The notes under the pieces: generated by a model
Seen by the model: only the letters and a program-made list of their open reading frames with translations
What the model was told of the DNA's origin: nothing
Database searches by the model: none
Shown here: one piece after another, positions 7,261-13,706 of the stretch
Layout: the number at the start of each line of letters is the position of its first letter
Numbering within the stretch: position 1 is the stretch's first letter
NCBI RefSeq assembly: GCF_000195975.1
Contig: NC_005070.1
Coordinates: 1,980,001 to 2,012,000, forward strand
DNA length: 32,000 nucleotides
DNA from: Parasynechococcus marenigrum WH 8102
Lineage (GTDB): Bacteria > Cyanobacteriota > Cyanobacteriia > PCC-6307 > Cyanobiaceae
Direction of reading: 5' to 3'
Position numbers and translations under genes: made by a program

Positions 7261-7626
7261 ATGCTTACTGGAACTGACCTGCTCACCAAGGTCAAAGAAC
7301 TTGGTGATGTCTCCAAGACCGAACTGGCAACTCAGTGCGGTTATGTTTCCAAGAAGAAGGATGGTTCTGACCGCGTCAACTTCACTGCCTTCTATGAGGC
7401 ACTTCTGGGTGCCAAGGGCGTTGAGTTGGGTTCTGGGGGTGCTGGTTTAGGCAAAGGCGGTCGGAAGTTGTCCTACATCGCCACGGTGCAGGGCAATGGC
7501 AACCTTCTGATCGGCAAGGCATACACCGCCTTGCTCGACCTGGAAACAGGCGATGAGTTTGAAATCAAACTGGGCAAGAAGGCAATTCGTCTGATCCCTG
7601 TGGGTGGTTCGGAGGAAGAAGATTGA
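7261..7626 (+). CDS. cyanobacterial AbrB-type (cyAbrB) transcriptional regulator
   Basis: 121 aa. The N-terminus is MLTGTDLLTKVKELGDVSKTELATQCGYVS. The C-terminal AbrB/SpoVT-like segment is NLLIGKAYTALLDLETGDEFEIKLGKKAIRLIP. This domain order is typical of the cyanobacterial AbrB clade. Confidence 0.75.
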   Translation: MLTGTDLLTKVKELGDVSKTELATQCGYVSKKKDGSDRVNFTAFYEALLGAKGVELGSGGAGLGKGGRKLSYIATVQGNGNLLIGKAYTALLDLETGDEFEIKLGKKAIRLIPVGGSEEED

Positions 7627-7652
7627 TTCCTGATTCACAGAAGACAGTCTTG

Positions 7653-7688
7653 CCCCTATGGTTCCCGTACGGTCCATGGGGATTTTTA
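7653..7688 (+). terminator. hairpin plus T-run after the cyAbrB gene
   Basis: CCCCTATGG (7653-7661) pairs with CCATGGGG (7674-7681) with one bulge, followed by ATTTTTA. Confidence 0.4.
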
Positions 7689-7695
7689 TGACCCG

Positions 7696-7887
7696 ATGCC
7701 GTATCACCCCTCCAAGGAGCATCTGGACAATCAGATTCCAAATGCTTTTAAGACGATCAACGGAGTGTTGAAGGATCTTCGAGCATCTACTGGTGCCGAT
7801 GAGAGGTACATCAGCATGATGTTGGATGCCATGGCACGGGACTGGGAGCAGAAAAGCGCCTCTCGTGATGGTTTTGGGTTTCGCTGA
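7696..7887 (+). CDS. hypothetical protein, 63 aa
   Basis: ORF-track entry directly downstream of cyAbrB and followed by the terminator at 7951-7975. No motif recognised. Confidence 0.4.
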   Translation: MPYHPSKEHLDNQIPNAFKTINGVLKDLRASTGADERYISMMLDAMARDWEQKSASRDGFGFR

Positions 7888-7914
7888 CATCCTTCATGAT
7901 CCTTCTACTCTTCA

Positions 7915-8090
7915 AGCGATTAACGGATTAACAGTCCCAAACCAGAACTCAGGGGTGCTCCGGTACCCCTTTTTTAGTGCTTGATCGCTCTTTGGGCGTC
8001 CAGTCGGGGCAGCAGACGCTGGATTGCCTCTGGTTATCGACCAATCCCTGATGGAGGTGGCAGGAATCGATGGGCAGACAAAGGAAGGTC
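7915..8090. repeat. copy B of the roughly 180-bp direct repeat
   Basis: See copy A (6911-7090). Confidence 0.6.
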
Positions 8091-8197
8091 GGGTGGTAGT
8101 TGAAATATCTGCAGTAGAGGCATACATGCTCACCGTGAACTGCAGGTTGAAGAAACCCATGAGGAAGAAACCTCCATTCCTCAGGTGGGTTGGTCAT
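7949..8197 (-). CDS. Cys/His-rich small protein, 82 aa
   Basis: Translation is MTNPPEEWRFLPHGFLQPAVHGEHVCLYCRYFNYHPTFLCLPIDSCHLHQGLVDNQRQSSVCCPDWTPKERSSTKKGVPEHP. The C-terminal half is conserved at protein level in repeat copy A. Confidence 0.45.
   Translation of the reverse strand: MTNPPEEWRFLPHGFLQPAVHGEHVCLYCRYFNYHPTFLCLPIDSCHLHQGLVDNQRQSSVCCPDWTPKERSSTKKGVPEHP
7951..7975 (+). terminator. intrinsic terminator (hairpin plus T5)
   Basis: AGGGGTGC-TCCG-GTACCCCT followed by TTTTT. The paralogous hairpin at 6951-6975 is AGGGGTGC-TTCG-GTGCCCCT-ATTTT. Confidence 0.55.
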
Positions 8198-8418
8198 GGA
8201 CTATCCCGCGACTGGACCCAGTACTAATATATCTGTACCAACTGCTTAGCAACCTAATAGGGGTCATAGATGAGTCTCGTGTCCAGTCTCAAAAAAGGCA
8301 GAAATTGAGAACCCCTGCAAAAACTGGATTTCTTGGTTGATCTTCTGATGAAAGACCAACCAAACTCATTTATCAACATTGATCACTTCCCTTCGTCCGC
8401 CTGCCTCAGTTTCTTGAG

Positions 8419-8562
8419 ATGACAGGACTCAGCACCAGCACCATCTATCGCTGGATGACGGACGGGACCTTCCCAAAGCAAATCCAGTTGGGTTCTCGCT
8501 CTGTCGTCTGGAACGAACGGGACGTCATCGACTGGATGAACGCACAAAATGCAAACACCTAA
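8419..8562 (+). CDS. AlpA-family (MerR-like HTH) excisionase/regulator, 47 aa from the ATG
   Basis: The segment ..LPQFLEMTGLSTSTIYRWMTDGTFPKQIQLGSRSVVWNERDVIDWMNAQ matches the AlpA/Xis pattern (tGlS.sTiYr.m..G.FP....G.r.v.W...ev..W). The frame is open from 8383, but the only canonical start is ATG 8419. Confidence 0.65.
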   Translation: MTGLSTSTIYRWMTDGTFPKQIQLGSRSVVWNERDVIDWMNAQNANT

Positions 8563-8649
8563 AAGTGTGTTGATCGAGGACTTCTGACCCTCATTAAACA
8601 TAGGTGGGGAACCAGGAGACAGAAAACTCCCTGTTTTTACTAGACTAAT

Positions 8650-8693
8650 GGGGGGGGGGGAAATCTCATGTCCTGAGATCAATCTCCCCCCCC
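8650..8693. repeat. G11 ... C8 homopolymer-flanked inverted repeat
   Basis: G run at 8650-8660, then ATCTCA/TGAGAT inner palindrome, then C run at 8686-8693. Confidence 0.6.
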
Positions 8694-8797
8694 GAAGTAA
8701 AAAATTATGTTGTGTTGCTTTGCACATATGCGTCACTTTGTTATAGATGATACGCGTTTTACTGTTTTGAAGAGGACAATAAAAAGAAAACTTCCCG

Positions 8798-8965
8798 ATG
8801 CAAGAAATAAAACTGGGCAATTCGTGCAAACGATTACACACGTATGAGTGCGGGGAAAGGCACTTTGTGCGTATCACAAGGGGTGTCTGCCTTGAGTTTG
8901 ATAAGCAATGGGATGCAGAGATGACTTTGCTTAATCTACGTAAGTGCGGTCTTATATCCGTATGA
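8798..8965 (+). CDS. possible Cys-containing mini-protein, 55 aa (below cutoff)
   Basis: Translation is MQEIKLGNSCKRLHTYECGERHFVRITRGVCLEFDKQWDAEMTLLNLRKCGLISV. It is the only sizeable ORF in the plus-strand unit that ends at the 9089-9120 terminator. Confidence 0.3.
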   Translation: MQEIKLGNSCKRLHTYECGERHFVRITRGVCLEFDKQWDAEMTLLNLRKCGLISV

Positions 8966-9088
8966 ATCCGTATAACAACCCTGTTGATAAAGCATCAGAG
9001 GATTGACCCACAGAGAAAGTAATCAAGGAAGACATACAAAAAACCCCTAACTAAATACCCACAGCACTTTCTCCCCAGGGCAGTCAGA

Positions 9089-9120
9089 AGGCAGGGCGTT
9101 CACGCGTCCTGCCTTTTTTT
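9089..9120 (+). terminator. strong intrinsic terminator
   Basis: AGGCAGG..GCG-TTCA-CGC..CCTGCCT stem followed by T7 (9114-9120). Confidence 0.7.
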
Positions 9121-9152
9121 GTGCCTACTCGTCAGTGCCCCATCCATGCATG

Positions 9153-9179
9153 AAAAAAGGAGCAGCACGAATCTGCTCC
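9153..9179 (-). terminator. minus-strand intrinsic terminator (T3)
   Basis: On the plus strand, A6 (9153-9158) is followed by GGAGCAG-CACGAAT-CTGCTCC. Read on the minus strand this is a hairpin followed by U6. Confidence 0.55.
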
Positions 9180-9272
9180 TTCAGAGGGGTATGTGTCGAA
9201 CCAGGAGGTTCTCGGGAACCACCACAATCGCCCACTTAAGTGCTGTGTCGTTAGTGCTGTTCACAAATTGCC

Positions 9273-9297
9273 AAAAAAAGATCGTCCTCTCGGACGA
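9273..9297 (-). terminator. minus-strand intrinsic terminator (T2)
   Basis: On the plus strand, A7 (9273-9279) is followed by TCGTCC-TCTC-GGACGA. On the minus strand the hairpin is followed by TC and T7. Confidence 0.5.
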
Positions 9298-9426
9298 CCC
9301 ATCTCGACGCAAGGAAAGTCTTCCTTCTTCCGATGCCTCGGCAGGTATCAGGTACTACTCGATCTAGGAGGTTCTTGCCGACTCAGTGGATCCGACCCGT
9401 GCTCTTCCTCTCTGATTGCTGAGCAC

Positions 9427-9452
9427 AAAAAAGGGCAGGTCCCACCCCGCCC
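9427..9452 (-). terminator. minus-strand terminator-like hairpin (T1), probably ending the 96-aa gene transcript
   Basis: On the plus strand, A6 (9427-9432) is followed by GGGCAGG-TCCCAC-CCCGCCC, a 7-bp stem with one mismatch. Confidence 0.4.
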
Positions 9453-9573
9453 CAGTTCGACGCATTGAGGGAACTGGTCCCTGTGAAAGAACTATTCCCC
9501 ATGACGCCGCACTTGGAAGTAGTGAGAAATACTTAGATCATTGCCATAGGCAGAGCAAATCAGTTCTGAGTGA

Positions 9574-9864
9574 TCAGGGTTCTGCTGAGGCACCCCATAA
9601 CGGTTCTGTCCGCTTCCACCCCATGGACTTCAGGTTGCGCCAGATGGTTTCAGCGTCCTCCTGAGGGACGTGCCTGCGTTCCTTCAGCAGTGGTGGTTGT
9701 CCGTCAGGCATTGCCATTCCACGGTCCATGAACACCTTCGGGTCACGGACCCATGCCTTGTCATCCCGATGAAACCGCCACACCCAATTGGTGCCAGGGT
9801 CGACCAACCATCCTTCACGCATGATCAAGGAGTAGTAGTACACCTGTTCTAAACAGTCATGCAC
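9574..9864 (-). CDS. hypothetical protein, 96 aa (Trp-rich)
   Basis: ORF-track entry MHDCLEQVYYYSLIMREGWLVDPGTNWVWRFHRDDKAWVRD... It reminds me of small picocyanobacteria-restricted island proteins, but I cannot name the family with confidence. Confidence 0.5.
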   Translation of the reverse strand: MHDCLEQVYYYSLIMREGWLVDPGTNWVWRFHRDDKAWVRDPKVFMDRGMAMPDGQPPLLKERRHVPQEDAETIWRNLKSMGWKRTEPLWGASAEP

Positions 9865-9931
9865 GACGTCGGCAACAGGTGCTGCTGAAAGTCCCGCACT
9901 TGGGACGTCCGATACCTCTTATATGCAGCAG

Positions 9932-9990
9932 TTCCTACCCCCTCTTCTCACGTCTTCCCACTCGTTTTGGGGTAGGAAATGGGGCAGGAA
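9932..9990. promoter_or_regulatory. three copies of GGGGTAGGAA-type motif next to attR (one inverted, two direct)
   Basis: TTCCTACCCC at 9932-9941 is the inverted copy. TTGGGGTAGGAA is at 9967-9978 and ATGGGGCAGGAA at 9979-9990. Confidence 0.55.
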
Positions 9991-10052
9991 ATTCGCCAAA
10001 AGAGGGTCTTTTTCTTCCCACGTCTAGTCATACCAACTCATTTGGGGGTTAC

Positions 10053-10073
10053 TCGAATGACTCCCTCTCCGTT
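10053..10073 (+). repeat. attR core: TCGAATGACTCCCTCTCCGTT
   Basis: 19/21 identical to 2089-2109. The upstream GGGTT(ACT)CGAAT continues the resemblance to the tRNA T-arm. Confidence 0.65.
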
Positions 10074-10320
10074 GAACACCAGAGCTGGCTCCTGATTGGA
10101 GATCCCAGCTCTGGCCCTGGCCTTCAACAACTTTCGGCAGAATTGGAGGTGGCGCCTCAGTGCTTAATGAGGCTGGAGCAGGCGAGCAGCAGGCAGAACC
10201 AACCGAAAGACCGCACGGCTTGATATGAATGAATTTCACTCAACAAAACCACAACTAATGTTGGGATTTATTGCTTAAGGAAGTCGTGAGCAGCTCCTGG
10301 GCCCTTGGTGCCGTTGCTGA

Positions 10321-10677
10321 ACTCCGCAAGAAACTGAATCTGCCTCTCGTGTCGAAGAACGCCGAAAGAACTACAACTGCGACATCACATATGTAACAAA
10401 TAGCGAGCTGGGCTTCGACTATTTGTGCGACAACATGGCTCAAGATCCGAAGCATCTAGTACAACGGCAACCCCACTATTGCATTATCGACGAAGTCGAC
10501 TCAATTCTGATCGGCGAGGCCAGAACTCCATTAATCATTTCCGGAAAAGTGGAGAAGCCAAAGCAAAAGTTCTCACTAGCTGCATTCATTTCTACAAAGC
10601 TTGAGCATGGTCAAGACAGTGACAATGACGAATTCGAAGCCTTTGGAGATATGGCCAAACCATCAGTGCACTGTTAG
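10321..10677 (+). pseudogene. secA: secA gene fragment (internal piece of the preprotein translocase ATPase)
   Basis: The open frame reads ..[57 protein letters not shown].., the SecA NBD1 Walker-B (DEVD) region. Only about 118 codons remain, bounded by stops, with no N- or C-terminal parts. Confidence 0.75.
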
Positions 10678-10728
10678 CGTTAAAAACGTCTCTACATATC
10701 GACAGTGTTAGCAACTTCATTTTAAATC

Positions 10729-11715
10729 ATGGCCCCATCTCCCGAATCCATTCTGTTTGAATCGCTCTTCTTTCAATGGGCGCAAGTCAACTGCGAGTCT
10801 TTTGCTGTCAACGAAGAGCAAGTCCTGATTGAGGAGGGAGTCGCCACACCTGACCTTTTTCTTCTTCTCGAAGGCGGAGCCACGGTGCGCACAGCACTCG
10901 AAACCGAAGACGCTTCTCAGGATTCCGTCGACCTAGCTGAACTTTCCCCCGGCCAATTTGTTGGCGAGATGTCCCTGCTGGAAGACCGCCTTCCGGTCGC
11001 CACCGTCATCGCACAGCCGAACAGTCGATGGATCCGTGTTCGCTACAGCGACTTGATCGCCGCCATTGCGAGTGACAAAGCACTGGCTTCGAGTACCTAT
11101 CAGGTGTTTGCAGGAAAATTGGCCCTACAACTGAGTCGTCAGAACGCATTCATCCACCGATGGCCAGGGCAAGACATCGAACCACTGCGCAAAGTTCTGT
11201 TGGTATTCGGTGAATGGAATGAACTGGATGTGGCCTGGCTGGAAAAGACCGGGGAAAAGGTTGACCTATCAACCGGCACAGCATTCATCAAGGAAGGTGA
11301 GGCCCTTGATCGTCTTTACATCGTTCTCGATGGCGAAGCCGAGGTGATGATCAACGTGGAAGGCGCATCTACCACAGTGGGGAGCTCAAGGCGCGGGGAA
11401 ATTCTGGGGGAGATGAGCTTTCTCAACAGCGACGAACAAGCCACTGCAACCGTTCAAGCCCGCGAGGCCATGGTCTTGCTGGCTGTGGATAAGACGAGTA
11501 TCCGCCAACAGCTGACGGTTGACTTGGCCTTTGCTGAACGTTTTTACCGTTCTCTCGCTGTTCTGCTCTCCCATCGCTGTCGAGATCAAATGATGTCGCG
11601 GGGGATGGCAGCCCAGGCCTTGGCGCTTGAAGAACTGGATCTGACGACTCTGGGCATTGTGAGCACAGCCGGGCGACGATTTGAGTGGCTTTGCTCGGAG
11701 GTCTCAAAACGTTGA
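10729..11715 (+). CDS. tandem cyclic-nucleotide-binding-domain protein (probably the N-terminal module of the downstream ABC exporter)
   Basis: Two cNMP-binding signatures are present, FVGEMSLLEDRLPVATVIA and ILGEMSFLNSDEQATATVQA. It overlaps the next ORF by 31 nt. Confidence 0.8.
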   Translation: MAPSPESILFESLFFQWAQVNCESFAVNEEQVLIEEGVATPDLFLLLEGGATVRTALETEDASQDSVDLAELSPGQFVGEMSLLEDRLPVATVIAQPNSRWIRVRYSDLIAAIASDKALASSTYQVFAGKLALQLSRQNAFIHRWPGQDIEPLRKVLLVFGEWNELDVAWLEKTGEKVDLSTGTAFIKEGEALDRLYIVLDGEAEVMINVEGASTTVGSSRRGEILGEMSFLNSDEQATATVQAREAMVLLAVDKTSIRQQLTVDLAFAERFYRSLAVLLSHRCRDQMMSRGMAAQALALEELDLTTLGIVSTAGRRFEWLCSEVSKR

Positions 11716-12902
11716 AGAGCCTGAAAGCCCTGCGCGGCCTTCTCAAGACCTCTGCAACACAAACCACTCAGGACCTTGTACGCCTGCTCTGGCGACATGG
11801 ATGGCCCAGCCGTGTTGTTGCTTTGCCACGCGATTGGTGGGATCAAGCCAGCGAGCTCGAAGGGGGGCTGTGGATTGCAGCAGATCAGCAAAGCCCAGCG
11901 CAGTGGTGGCTGGTCCAGCAACGCCAAGGCGCAATTCAGATTCATGCGTTAACCGCAGCAGAGGGATCGACCAGCCATCCCCAAGACTTCCAGCCTCAGG
12001 CCGTGAGCCTCTGGCCAGCCATGGCCTTCAGCACACCAGCACGCTGGAGCGACCTGCAACGCCAACTCAAACCGTTCGCTGCGATCCGAAGCGCCATGCC
12101 GGCGGCGTTTCTCCGCGCCGGAACTTGGCTGATGTTGCCGATATTGCTGATCGCCTTGCTGGGGCAGCTCATTAGCGTTCCAGTGGCTCTGTTCTTGGCA
12201 GGCCTCAGCCTGTTGTTCGGCCAGGTTCTCGATAACCAATGGCATCGGCTCTGGCTCAACCGCAGTGCACGGCAGCGCGCGGGTTTGGGCCTCGTGGGCA
12301 TGCAGAAAGTGCTCCGCCTACAGCTTCCCGTGATCCGGACTCTGGGCGGTGCAGGTGCAACCGCTTTGGCTCTTTCCCTTCAGCAGATCGGTCATCAACT
12401 CCCCCTCGCGATCGGTCGATTGCTACCCGCGATCACGCTGTTCCTATTCAGCAATCTGGCCTTATGGATATGGCGTCCCCCACTCGGTGCCGTCAGCTTG
12501 TTCGGATGCGGCCTTTGGTTGCTTGCAAACCATGGTTTATCGGAACGCTCTCAAAGACAACGCAACCAACAACTCCCCCATCAAGGTCTCGCACTGCTCC
12601 GCAGCCAAGAACTAATTGAAAACTGTTCCACGTTGCGTCTTGCAAAAGCAGAACAACAGGCACTGAACTGGTGGATCGAGCCCGAACGTGCAGCCGAACA
12701 GCAGCAACCATGGCTGGATTGGCTCAGCGCACTGCAGAGCTGGAGCACCGTCTTACTGGCCACCATGCTGATCATGGCTGCCATCGTGATCGCGCCGGTC
12801 CGTAGCGACCAATGGCTAGCCTTCAATTTAGTTGGCATTCAATTCGCCACGATCCGCGAACTCGGGCAGGCGGGCAGGCGTTCAAGACCTGGAGAGACCT
12901 AA
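11685..12902 (+). pseudogene. ABC exporter transmembrane-domain fragment (frame broken at its 3' end by an 8-bp duplication)
   Basis: 405-aa ORF with multiple hydrophobic helices, for example WLMLPILLIALLGQLISVPVALFLAGLSLLFG. It ends at ..GQAGRRSRPGET* immediately after the GGGCAGGC GGGCAGGC tandem at 12864-12879. Confidence 0.7.
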
Positions 12903-13702
12903 AACACCAGTGGAAGGGTGCACAGGTGTTAGTGAACAGCCCATCCGAATCGCGGCCGGGAGCATCGGATCCAGGCGAACTGAACGGTGATCTTGAAGTA
13001 CGAAACCTCAGTTTTCGCTACGGAGCAGACACACCATTAGTGCTCTCCAACGTCAGCTTTTCGGTTCAAGCGGGGAGCTTTGTTGCGATCGTCGGGTCAT
13101 CAGGGAGTGGGAAAAGTACCCTACTTCGCATTCTGTTGGGCTTTGAACAGCCTCTCACTGGACAGGTGATCATCGATGGTCAAGACACCTGTGACCTGCA
13201 ACATGAATCGCTGAGGCGGCAGATCGGCACCGTTCTCCAAGACACGCGGTTGGTGGGAAACTCGTTGATGGAGGTGATTGCTGCCGGTCGTCCTCTGAGC
13301 GTGGAAGAGGCCTGGAAAGCTGCTGAAGACGCTGGCTTGAGCGATGACTTACAAGCACTGCGCATGGGATTGCAAACCCTGGTCCCCGCAGGAGGCAGCA
13401 ATCTGTCCGGCGGTCAACGTCAGCGACTCGCCATCGCAAGAGCGCTGGCTGGACAGCCTCGGCTGTTACTGCTGGATGAACCCACCAGTGCGCTGGACAA
13501 CACCACCCAGGCCCACGTTCTGCGCAACCTTGAACAACGCGCGGTGACGCGCGTGATGGTGGCGCATCGGCTGAGCACTATCCAACATGCAGACGTCATC
13601 CTCGTTCTAGAGAATGGGGAAATCGTTGAACAGGGAAGCTACAACGACTTGCTCAAGCAACAGGGAGCCTTCACACAGCTGATGGCACGTCAATTGATCT
13701 AA
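12812..13702 (+). pseudogene. ABC exporter ATPase-domain fragment (continuation of 11685-12902 in another frame)
   Basis: Walker A is GSSGSGKST, the signature is LSGGQRQRL, Walker B is LLLLDEPTSALD and the H-loop is VAHRLST. Removing one 8-bp repeat unit joins it in frame to the TMD ORF. Confidence 0.75.
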
Positions 13703-13706
13703 ACCG

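Larger units (their letters stand above)
2108..10073 (+). mobile_element. tRNA-Ser-integrated genomic island / integrative element (about 8 kb) with P4-type integrase
   Basis: Integrase lies next to the tRNA. The 21-nt tRNA 3' end repeat at 2089-2109 recurs at 10053-10073 (19/21). Shared arm repeats occur at both ends, and the interior is strongly AT-rich relative to the flanks. Confidence 0.75.

Noticed and set aside
8383-8877. 164-aa minus-strand ORF
   Set aside because: It runs antisense through the AlpA-like gene, the G11/C8 hairpin and AT-rich spacer. The plus strand gives a recognisable AlpA HTH.
9119-10239. Several 60-114 aa ORFs on both strands (9119-9367, 9193-9468, 9416-9664, 9670-9852, 9879-10223, 10024-10239)
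   Set aside because: They read through terminator hairpins, the arm repeats or the attR core. They overlap each other and have Ser/Pro/Arg-rich composition. Only 9574-9864 on the minus strand looks protein-like.
11386-12301. Cluster of minus-strand and alternative-frame ORFs (for example 11586-11945, 11681-12175, 11949-12245, 11996-12301)
   Set aside because: They overlap the cNMP and ABC membrane-domain frames, which carry recognisable domain features. Their compositions are Arg/Pro/Ala-rich.
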